In this document: positions 27,942-35,725 of the stretch, in pieces
Layout of the letters: each line of letters begins with the position of its first letter
Position numbering within the stretch: the first letter of the stretch is position 1
Origin: Methanobacteriota archaeon
GTDB taxonomy: Archaea > Thermoplasmatota > Poseidoniia > Poseidoniales > Poseidoniaceae
Length of the DNA: 46,259 nt
Direction of reading: 5' to 3'
NCBI GenBank assembly: GCA_018667575.1
Contig: JABIUA010000173.1
Span: 1-46,259 of the forward strand
The notes under the pieces: model-generated
Seen by the model: only the letters and a program-made list of their open reading frames with translations
What the model was told of the DNA's origin: nothing
Databases searched by the model: none
Made by a program: the position numbers and the translations under genes

Positions 27942-28260
27942 GACCGGCATACGGGATAGGTGGGGAGCCAGGCGTACCCTGTATCACAAATCGTCTTTAT
28001 GGTGAACTGAACTCCTTGGGGCGGCGAAAGCGGTCTCTTGGTTCCTGTGTGCGGACGTAGATGTCTCGCCCCCACATGACTCGGGTGTCATGAACCGTAT
28101 CCGGAGGGAAACGGGAATTGAATAACTGGGGAATCAGGTTAGGCCGGGAACGGAGCAGCCCTACTCGGGGCCATGAGTGCTGTGGGGAAGCGGGATGGAG
28201 AAAGTATACAGATTTGGCCATGAGATACGAGCGTCCACCCTTGGACCTCCCACTCCGGTG
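27942..28260 (+). ncRNA. ffs: Signal recognition particle RNA (archaeal 7S/SRP RNA, about 320 nt)
   Basis: This is a GC-rich island in AT-rich DNA. The helix 8 motif CAGGUUAGGCCGGGAACGGAGCAGCC (28135-28160) parallels the bacterial 4.5S CAGGUCAGGUCCGGAAGGAAGCAGCC. An Alu-domain CCCUGUAUCAC lies at 27977-27987. The 5' ACCGG...GGGA pairs with the 3' UCCC...CCGGU (28255-28259). A T6 run follows. Confidence 0.8.
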
Positions 28261-28261
28261 A

Positions 28262-28267
28262 TTTTTT
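28262..28267 (+). terminator. Oligo-T tract immediately 3' of the SRP RNA (archaeal-type terminator)
   Basis: TTTTTT directly follows the closing helix of the RNA. Confidence 0.4.
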
Positions 28268-28505
28268 GGCAATCCTCAATTTATATTCACTGGGTCATTT
28301 TTTGATGTGGGGATTTATTGGTAGATTTATCACCACTAACTGGATACTATTCACCACATTATCTGTTGGTTGGGAGATATTAGAACTATATCTACCATAT
28401 GAATTTGCAATTGAATCAACCATCAATAAAATATCAGACTTAATCGTTAATACTGTTGGCTTTTGGATTGGTTTAAGATTACGTTATTCGAGCAATCAAA
28501 TTTAG
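28266..28505 (+). CDS. Small hydrophobic membrane protein (2-3 TM), function unknown
   Basis: The 79-aa ORF has helices HFLMWGFIGRFI, WILFTTLSVGWEILELY and LIVNTVGFWIGL. The pattern GH..-.G...WE..E...N..D..N..G loosely recalls DUF2585-type proteins. The TTG start is uncertain. Confidence 0.35.
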   Translation: MAILNLYSLGHFLMWGFIGRFITTNWILFTTLSVGWEILELYLPYEFAIESTINKISDLIVNTVGFWIGLRLRYSSNQI

Positions 28506-28999
28506 ATGTCAAAAACGATATCACAATACCAACCTGGGCCAACAAACATGGGTATCTCTTCCCACTTGCTTGATAATTCTTCTCCCTGTTTCAGTTGTTC
28601 TACAATCAACTCATGGGAAGTAACTGCCTTTATTTCAACTCCTTTTTCAATTTGATTACTTTCGACCCAGTCTACTTGTGCTTTACATGTCAAATATTCT
28701 TCACCCTCTTCAATAATCATGTGCATTTCGCACAAAAATTCATCATGTACTTCGTTTCTGTATAGTACTTCTTCAAGCCACTTAATCAGCAGTATCTCAT
28801 AATCAGCAGAACCATTTTTTTCCATAAATACATTCCATTGAGAACTATGTCGAATATTGGAATTTAAATTCCGCTTGGTTTGCTCTGTAATTAGTAACTG
28901 TTGCATACCAGTCGTAGTTTCACAAAACAGATTATTTAGGCTAGAAGAAAATACTCGCAAACCGATGTCTGCAGTAGTAGGACGCGTCCATGCGCTCAT
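28502..28999 (-). CDS. Archease (activator of the RtcB-type tRNA ligase)
   Basis: Motifs TTADIGLRVF, VEIKAVTSHELIVEQ and the C-terminal CDIVFDI are present. The start is set at the ATG at 28999 because AGGTGA precedes it by 4 nt. That start also removes the overlap with the upstream kinase stop at 29008. Confidence 0.75.
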   Translation of the reverse strand: MSAWTRPTTADIGLRVFSSSLNNLFCETTTGMQQLLITEQTKRNLNSNIRHSSQWNVFMEKNGSADYEILLIKWLEEVLYRNEVHDEFLCEMHMIIEEGEEYLTCKAQVDWVESNQIEKGVEIKAVTSHELIVEQLKQGEELSSKWEEIPMFVGPGWYCDIVFDI

Positions 29000-29007
29000 G
29001 TGATCAC

Positions 29008-30069
29008 CTAGCGTTTGGAAACTTGTAAATTCCAAGCGATTTCCCCAATTCGATTAATTAAATCTTCACGACTTAGTACAAATGAATCAGTTTGTTCAGC
29101 ACCTAGTATGCATTCACATGCTGCATTTGTCAAGATTGCAGTATTTCTAACATCTAAATTATTAGATATTGAAATCGCAATGGCTACAACCGCTGCATCA
29201 ATTAATCCAATCATCTGGCGTAATTCCCCTAGTGTACACGGTGCATGAACTGTATCCTCATCAGCAGAGTATATTGTTACACCACTTTCACCAGATAGAA
29301 CGACAAGGTGTTTCCAGTCATATGTTTCAATCAAGTTTTTGGCAGCAGAATCATCTGATGTTTCACCAATTCTTCTTCGCATTAATTCAAATCCTCTAGA
29401 TTGGAATACTATCCAATCTACTCCATGGGTTCTGTGTAGTCCTGTTAACTTGGGGTCAGCAATAATTGGAATATTCATTGATTTTGCAGATTTGATTATA
29501 TTATCAACACCCTCATCATTGACCACACCCTGCCCATAGTCGGATAGAATAACAGTGAAAGAATCATTTAATTGTTCGATTGCTTGTTCATATATTGCCT
29601 CAATTGCTTGTTCTGGTATATTTGCATCATCTTCAACATCCCATCGTAGAAGTAACTGTTCGCCTTGGACAAGACTTTCTCTTGTTGCCAAAAGACGAGT
29701 TTTGACAGTTGTTTTTCGACCTTCGACTATACCTATGCCATCAGTTGATACTCCTTCATCTTCAAGGAATTCAAGGATGCTCATACCTGGTCTGTCATCC
29801 CCAATGACTCCAAAAATTTGGCTTTCAAACCCCATAGACACTAGACCTCTTGCAACGTGTGCAGCAGCACCTACATCTTCTTCTCGACGAGTTTCTCTAA
29901 TCACGGGAACTGGAGCTCGAGAATTGAGATTATTAGCGAAGCCATGGATGTAGCAATCGAGCATAATATCGCCAATCAAAACTATCTTACCAGTCTCTAC
30001 TTTTTTCAGATTTGCTTTCAGAGAGTTCAAATTATCGTGGAGCACGACTTCTTCATCTGTCATTCCCAT
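29008..30069 (-). CDS. PfkB-family carbohydrate kinase, RfaE/HldE domain I-like
   Basis: The N-terminal GKIVLIGDIMLDCYIHG is typical of the HldE kinase domain. The C-terminal region aligns with the PfkB GAGD/anion-hole segment but reads GLID, followed by TNAACECILG. Confidence 0.65.
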   Translation of the reverse strand: MGMTDEEVVLHDNLNSLKANLKKVETGKIVLIGDIMLDCYIHGFANNLNSRAPVPVIRETRREEDVGAAAHVARGLVSMGFESQIFGVIGDDRPGMSILEFLEDEGVSTDGIGIVEGRKTTVKTRLLATRESLVQGEQLLLRWDVEDDANIPEQAIEAIYEQAIEQLNDSFTVILSDYGQGVVNDEGVDNIIKSAKSMNIPIIADPKLTGLHRTHGVDWIVFQSRGFELMRRRIGETSDDSAAKNLIETYDWKHLVVLSGESGVTIYSADEDTVHAPCTLGELRQMIGLIDAAVVAIAISISNNLDVRNTAILTNAACECILGAEQTDSFVLSREDLINRIGEIAWNLQVSKR

Positions 30070-30101
30070 TATTGTCCCTCATGTAGTCGCAGTATGATTA
30101 T

Positions 30102-31061
30102 TCATTTTAGGCTGTCGCGAATTTTCGCCAGTAAACTAGCGTGTTCACCATCACTCACGGCTAAGGATTTTCTCAATGTTAACAGCATTGCTTCCTCATC
30201 TTGAGTAATTACTCCATCATCCATCGCAGTAACTAAAGTATCGTGATATGTTTGAACATTTGGTGGATATACTGGTTCTTTTTTGGCTTCTCTAAGCAAT
30301 CTATCATGAGTTTTGGTATCGATGCCAAATGCCACTCTAAAGGTATCTAATAGCGCTAATTCTTCCTCGATGATTGAATCATCTACGAGGGCTTGGCGTA
30401 ACATATCAAGATAGATTTCTTCAGGCGGTGGTACGTTCTGCTCCTTTCGAGCTTGTTCGGACAAACGCATTACTCGTTCAGGGTGCATTCCAAGAAATTG
30501 AACAACTTCAGAGATCAACTGTTGTTCATCCTTAGTTATTTTTCCATCTTCCCATGCTCTTGCAAACATTCGTTTCACCAACTGTTCTCCCGCTTGGGCG
30601 TCCAGAGATGCTTCACCTTCTGGATTTGAAACAGGAGATATGACTGCAGATTTATGATAGTTCATTTTTTCGTCAATATGAGATAATAAGTCGAGAATAT
30701 TATCACTACTTTTGATTATCTGATTTAACTTAATATTCTCGCCATCTTTGGATATTTCAAGTTCAAGTATTTGTTTACGTAATTCTTCAGCAATCTCTTT
30801 TCCTTCCGTAGTTAGGCTGTACACTTTTCTACGTTGCTTTGCACCTGGTATGTGCCGATTTGTCACCGCAACATGGCCATTATTTTCTAGACGTTTTAGA
30901 GTTCTAGGTACATGCTTTCTCTGAACATGAACTGCTGCCGAAATGCCCGCTTGTGTCAAAAAAACTGGAGCCTCCCACTGATTTGATGGAAGGCGATTAT
31001 CCGATAGGTGTAGTAATGTTCTCTGTTCCGTGGTTAAAGTGCCAAGGAATCCATCAACCAT
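30102..31061 (-). CDS. Winged-helix DNA-binding protein fused to three TerB-like helical repeats
   Basis: The N-terminal wHTH is TQAGISAAVHVQRKHVPRTLKRLENNGHVAV...RRKVYSLTTEGKEIAEEL. Three repeats follow: AWEDGKITKDEQQLISEVVQFLGM, ALVDDSIIEEELALLDTFRVAFGI and AMDDGVITQDEEAMLLTLRKSLAV. They resemble the TerB/DjlA-N xDGxhxxxE motif. Confidence 0.5.
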   Translation of the reverse strand: MVDGFLGTLTTEQRTLLHLSDNRLPSNQWEAPVFLTQAGISAAVHVQRKHVPRTLKRLENNGHVAVTNRHIPGAKQRRKVYSLTTEGKEIAEELRKQILELEISKDGENIKLNQIIKSSDNILDLLSHIDEKMNYHKSAVISPVSNPEGEASLDAQAGEQLVKRMFARAWEDGKITKDEQQLISEVVQFLGMHPERVMRLSEQARKEQNVPPPEEIYLDMLRQALVDDSIIEEELALLDTFRVAFGIDTKTHDRLLREAKKEPVYPPNVQTYHDTLVTAMDDGVITQDEEAMLLTLRKSLAVSDGEHASLLAKIRDSLK

Positions 31062-31139
31062 TGTAAGACCTAGTTGCTCGTATCGTAACTAGCACATAGT
31101 AATATCATCCGTTCAACTCAAATGCATCAATAATTACGC

Positions 31140-32249
31140 ATGGCTATGGCGCGCCATGCACGCAAGTTCACTCCGCGTCAAAGAACTAAGCGCCCCTTAG
31201 GAGTTAGCATTACGTCTAATGCAGCACCTAAAATACCACATGACAAACCTCAGCAGCATGAATCTGGTTGGCTAATTAGTCCGCCATTATCCGCTAGATT
31301 ATTTCAAAAAAGTGGTCTAGGAATTGTTTCTGGTAATGACGGCATTATTCTTTCTCCAATGGAAGTACTTTTTTGTAATTGGCACCGACATTTACCCTTG
31401 CCTAGTTCAGAGTGGTTTGAATCTGAAATTCAAAAGGATTCAAATTTATTAGCGAAGGCTGTAATTTTTGATACTGCAAGGTCAGGTGGTGAACTAGTCA
31501 TTCCATGCTCCAATATTTCTAACTATCAGACTTCAAAAAGTGCATTTGCATTAAAGTGGAAAAGAAATCAATCTCAGTTCAAATCTGAGCCAATGTCCCA
31601 CGTCAGGTGGTTTTGGACTTTTGAGACATTAGATTGGAATGAGATTTATAATTGGGCAGAAGAAGTTGAAACATTGAATTGTAAGTGTGATATATTCATT
31701 ATTGATGAGGAGATGGAGGTTACCATGTATCGCGTTAGTTTCGTAGAACCAGAGGGTTCACAAAAAACATGGAGTCAACTCAACGATGAAGAGCGTGATA
31801 TAGTTTCTAATATGTGGGATTGTAAAATAAAAACTGAATCAGGTTTCTTCATGCCACTGGGTGGAAAATGGCCATTAAACTCTGTAGGAGTTGAACATTT
31901 ATCGGGAATTAACCTTAGAACTGAGGAAGGAGTCTGGCTTGATGCCATGATAAATGAATTAGATTTGCCCAATAGTTCGTTACTTTATGATAATTTGATT
32001 AATCGTGGACTAATTCTTCGTCCGGGTTTCAAGTTCGGTTCGAGATGGAGAATTTATGATGATGAAGTTTCAAAATCACACGCACCTTGGCTCCTACAGA
32101 CAGAAGATGAAGTGGCTAAAACATGGGAAAGTGCTTGTTTATCTATCCGTTTAGCAGAAGGTGTTCACAAAAAATGGGTATGTGCGATTCAAAATGAGTC
32201 ATCGTGGAGATTTATGCAAGTCGAGCGATGGTCGCCTGGAAAGGATTAG
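31140..32249 (+). CDS. endA: tRNA-splicing endonuclease (tRNA-intron lyase), double-length form
   Basis: The C-terminal catalytic domain is GLILRPGFKFGSRWRIYDDEVSKSHAPWLL...HKKWVCAI, giving the Tyr/His/Lys triad context. The length of 369 aa implies a degenerate N-terminal repeat plus a catalytic C-terminal repeat. The N-terminus is basic. Confidence 0.75.
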   Translation: MAMARHARKFTPRQRTKRPLGVSITSNAAPKIPHDKPQQHESGWLISPPLSARLFQKSGLGIVSGNDGIILSPMEVLFCNWHRHLPLPSSEWFESEIQKDSNLLAKAVIFDTARSGGELVIPCSNISNYQTSKSAFALKWKRNQSQFKSEPMSHVRWFWTFETLDWNEIYNWAEEVETLNCKCDIFIIDEEMEVTMYRVSFVEPEGSQKTWSQLNDEERDIVSNMWDCKIKTESGFFMPLGGKWPLNSVGVEHLSGINLRTEEGVWLDAMINELDLPNSSLLYDNLINRGLILRPGFKFGSRWRIYDDEVSKSHAPWLLQTEDEVAKTWESACLSIRLAEGVHKKWVCAIQNESSWRFMQVERWSPGKD

Positions 32250-34354
32250 AATTCATCTAATGGGCGCCCCCAGGCATCTATTTCCTGGACCGATGTTGGG
32301 TTTTGTAGATTTTCTTGAACATCACTGCCTTTGACAGCTTCAATATTTTCTTCAGGCACCTTCGGTTTATCTCTAATCCCTAAGACGACCCATATAGATG
32401 CCAATATAGATGCAATACCAATTGCCCTCCCAGGTGTTGTCAACTTTTGGAAGCCATTAGCGTCATCGTTCTGAGCGGTTAATTCTACATCGATGATCCA
32501 TTTCTCACCTGCTGAATCGAATATTACAATTTCTCCTTTGATTAACATATTTGGTTTCAGTAGTCCTTTGGGTTCAATCGTCAACATCAATTCATCGTCA
32601 CCTACTAGGTCAAGTTGATTATTCACACTAGCTATTCGAGATAATGCTCCATCGACTTCTACAGAAAACCTCTGCATTGCATCGCCTTCACTCTCTATTG
32701 GTATGTAAATTTTAGAATTCGAGTACGACTCTATTTCTCCGAAAAATTTGGTTTCAAATGGTCTGCGCGAGATTATATTGACTTTGGTTTGATAGTCATA
32801 AAAAGAATCTCCACATTCAATGGTACCAGAAATCATTGATTCAGAGTTCACATTACTGGTGCTAGAAAAATAAAGTTCAATATTAGTTGTTTTATCTTTG
32901 ATTAGAAGAGTTGTGTTAGTGTAAAGAACTCGTCCATCACTTGAAACCATATCAATTGAAAGATCACAATTCTGTTCTGCTGTAGCTGCTAAAATTATAG
33001 ATTCATCTGGAAGTAAAGATGCCCCATAGTTAGGTGTATCAAGTGTAAAAATCGGCATACAATCTGGTGATGATAAATTTACATAGACTTTGTCTGTGAT
33101 TTCGACATCGGCAACCCAAGGCACCAATAGTCCATCATGACTACGTACTACAGTTCCCTGATGGCCAAATCGTGTTCCATTAGTGAATAAATCACCTTGC
33201 TCGCCATCATTGGCTCCTGTAATTAGTCCATTATTTCCATCTGCTTCTACGACCATCAAATATGGCCTATCAGGATTAGCGTTCAACTCATTATCATCTA
33301 CATCTCCTGCACTTAGGTCTTGGTAAGTCACTAGAACCCCCGAGCCAGGTAAGTATGAATCATATCCATAGTCGTCTCTATATTCAATCCAAACAAACTC
33401 TTCATTAGAGACTTGGATTTTCAGTGAGTTGCCGCCTTTACTTATCGACTCCAACTCATATTGAGGTCCAATGCATCCTTGAGTTTCAGATTTCATCCAT
33501 TCATTGCCAATTTCAATTGAGGTATTACCACCAATTTCAAAGACAGTTGAAGCAGTTGGCAAGGATGGCCACTTTCCTCCACCATTCCAATTACCATTTG
33601 CCATAATATCCCAATCACCAACACCTTTCCAAGGATGTATGTTTATACTCCCATGAGACGGATATAAATCATAAGCACCCAATTGATGCAGCATCTCATG
33701 TATCATAGTTCCAAAACCGCTCTCACCAGTGCCTAAACTAGCCATAGTGTAATGCCCGATCTTCAGCCCATTTGGCAGGTCGATTGGTTCATCGAGGTTG
33801 GTAAAATGACTCCATATTCGATTTGAGTTACCTCCTTCTTCCTGTCCAATAGATGTGTGAAGTATTAATAATCGGTCCACCCATCCATCGCCATCTAAGT
33901 CATACTTGCCCCAATCAACTACATCCATTTGGTCATTTACCACTTCTGATGCTAAAATTTTGGGCAAATGAGTGCCGTCTTCAGATGAGTCTCTCTGTAC
34001 TCCAAAATCAGAACCATAGTAGTCCATAGAATATTCTGGTATTGTAATTGAAGAATAGACATCAACTTCTAGATTTGTTGAGGATGAACTTAATTGATTA
34101 AAATAATTCGATGCTTCAGGTATCAGAAAGTCTTCTGCTTCCTCATGACCCCAGCCACTATTTCCTGCATCAAAATCTACAATCAATACGGGCCAACTTT
34201 CATTCTCTTGAAGGCCTAATAGGACGATGTCCTCTTTTTGGATTTGTATGGAATTATCTTTAACCCAGTCATCTATTTTATCTTCAAAGGTTAATGACAA
34301 AACACCAACGAATAATAAAATCGCAGCAATTACTGCGCTTACTCTTGGGTGCAT
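32246..34354 (-). CDS. Secreted, C-terminally anchored zinc metalloprotease, M6 (immune inhibitor A)-like
   Basis: The signal/anchor is VSAVIAAILLFVGVLSLTF. The HExxH context MIHEMLHQLGAYDLYP resembles M6 HEyGHdLGLPDeY. The C-terminal TM segment is AIGIASILASIWVVLGI. Confidence 0.55.
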   Translation of the reverse strand: MHPRVSAVIAAILLFVGVLSLTFEDKIDDWVKDNSIQIQKEDIVLLGLQENESWPVLIVDFDAGNSGWGHEEAEDFLIPEASNYFNQLSSSSTNLEVDVYSSITIPEYSMDYYGSDFGVQRDSSEDGTHLPKILASEVVNDQMDVVDWGKYDLDGDGWVDRLLILHTSIGQEEGGNSNRIWSHFTNLDEPIDLPNGLKIGHYTMASLGTGESGFGTMIHEMLHQLGAYDLYPSHGSINIHPWKGVGDWDIMANGNWNGGGKWPSLPTASTVFEIGGNTSIEIGNEWMKSETQGCIGPQYELESISKGGNSLKIQVSNEEFVWIEYRDDYGYDSYLPGSGVLVTYQDLSAGDVDDNELNANPDRPYLMVVEADGNNGLITGANDGEQGDLFTNGTRFGHQGTVVRSHDGLLVPWVADVEITDKVYVNLSSPDCMPIFTLDTPNYGASLLPDESIILAATAEQNCDLSIDMVSSDGRVLYTNTTLLIKDKTTNIELYFSSTSNVNSESMISGTIECGDSFYDYQTKVNIISRRPFETKFFGEIESYSNSKIYIPIESEGDAMQRFSVEVDGALSRIASVNNQLDLVGDDELMLTIEPKGLLKPNMLIKGEIVIFDSAGEKWIIDVELTAQNDDANGFQKLTTPGRAIGIASILASIWVVLGIRDKPKVPEENIEAVKGSDVQENLQNPTSVQEIDAWGRPLDEF

Positions 34355-34393
34355 AGGAGCCGCTGAACGCCTACATGTTTGAAATCTTGCTAG

Positions 34394-35707
34394 TCATGAT
34401 TCGACTAATCTGTATTTACAACCTATTTCATCTAGTCCGCTAGAAAAATATTCAACCTTGTCTTTGGGTATTTTTATTATCACTTCATCGTTTTCAATTT
34501 CCATCATGTCAATATTGTAATTATCATGACAAATGACAAATTTAAATTTCTTATACTTGCGAATACGTGATAGAAGTTTACTTATTGCTTGAGTAGAATT
34601 CCATGGGTCTATTATCGAATCCATTAGGAATCTGGAATTGATAGAATAGTGTTCTAAACCAGAGAAACTCTTGGAATTTAGGGAAAACAAATCCGTCCTT
34701 AGTTTACATTTAGATGTGAATAAATTATTCTCGATTTGCTCAATCAGGTTTGTTGAACTACAACCAAATATGACGAAGTCTGTGAAATTATTTGTTTCTA
34801 TAATTTGGTACAACTTTTCTTTTTCATTTTTATTATTACAAATCGATTTAAACGAAATATATGCATTATCAGTATCATAATCTCTTGGCAAAGTATAATC
34901 ATTATCACATTCACATTGAGCAAAAAGTACTTTTCTTGTAACTCCAAATTCATCGAATATTACTGGGCAGGTAATGAGCATACTAGCCCTTGCCTTTATC
35001 CATGGCATTGAGATTAATTCTATTGATGCGAAACTCAATCCTATAATTGTCAATGAAAATGTGACTTGTCCATAGAACGAGAGTAATATTAGCATTGAAA
35101 TTATTCCATGCACTCTCAGCCTCCACCATCTGGAATTACCTTGATGCATCAGTCCACTTAGCCCTGCAGTTACTAGAGCAATGACACCGGATAGTATCAA
35201 GACTTCCACCCATATCACAGCCATTGCCATAGTGAGCATCGCAACAACGTCATATTTCGCTTCAAAACCAAGTTTGATTTGGTTAGAGTGACCTATTTCG
35301 AATAGGTAAGGCATGAATATGAAAATTGTCATTGCGATATTAATGATGAAGGTAATAGAGCCCATAATTAACCATGCTAACAACCATTTTGCTTCTCGGT
35401 TCATCATCCCAGGTCTTGAAAAAACGTATATTTGGTAAACTAACAAAGGACTGATTGAAACGAATCCTAGTAGCGCTGCGCTCAGCCAACGAATTTCACT
35501 CCACTTGGCAGGATTGTACAAATTAGTACATTGATCTACACACGGGTCGAGGGCTAGAATTATTTTTTCGAGAACTACATCGATATTAGTTATCCAGAAT
35601 ATAGTCACAACAATCCATAAGAATATCATTATCGCGAATCTAGATGAAAATTCATCAATATGCGTCTGTATTGGAACTTTAGCATCTTGTTCGAGTTGCA
35701 AACTCAT
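34394..35707 (-). CDS. TatC-like twin-arginine translocase component with a roughly 200-aa C-terminal soluble extension
   Basis: The first roughly 236 aa have about 6 TM helices. They align by eye with E. coli TatC: PIQTHIDEFSSRFAIMIF with PLITHLIELRKRLLNCII, and SPLLVYQIYVFSRPGMMNREAKW with [22 protein letters not shown]. GAGGA lies 5 nt upstream of the ATG. Confidence 0.55.
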   Translation of the reverse strand: MSLQLEQDAKVPIQTHIDEFSSRFAIMIFLWIVVTIFWITNIDVVLEKIILALDPCVDQCTNLYNPAKWSEIRWLSAALLGFVSISPLLVYQIYVFSRPGMMNREAKWLLAWLIMGSITFIINIAMTIFIFMPYLFEIGHSNQIKLGFEAKYDVVAMLTMAMAVIWVEVLILSGVIALVTAGLSGLMHQGNSRWWRLRVHGIISMLILLSFYGQVTFSLTIIGLSFASIELISMPWIKARASMLITCPVIFDEFGVTRKVLFAQCECDNDYTLPRDYDTDNAYISFKSICNNKNEKEKLYQIIETNNFTDFVIFGCSSTNLIEQIENNLFTSKCKLRTDLFSLNSKSFSGLEHYSINSRFLMDSIIDPWNSTQAISKLLSRIRKYKKFKFVICHDNYNIDMMEIENDEVIIKIPKDKVEYFSSGLDEIGCKYRLVES

Positions 35708-35725
35708 GATATGTCCTCATTGGTT

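Noticed and set aside
27857-28272. Minus-strand ORFs of 72 aa and 91 aa
   Set aside because: They lie entirely over the SRP RNA. Their Arg/Pro/Gly-rich composition is what GC-rich structural RNA gives when translated, and they have no start context.
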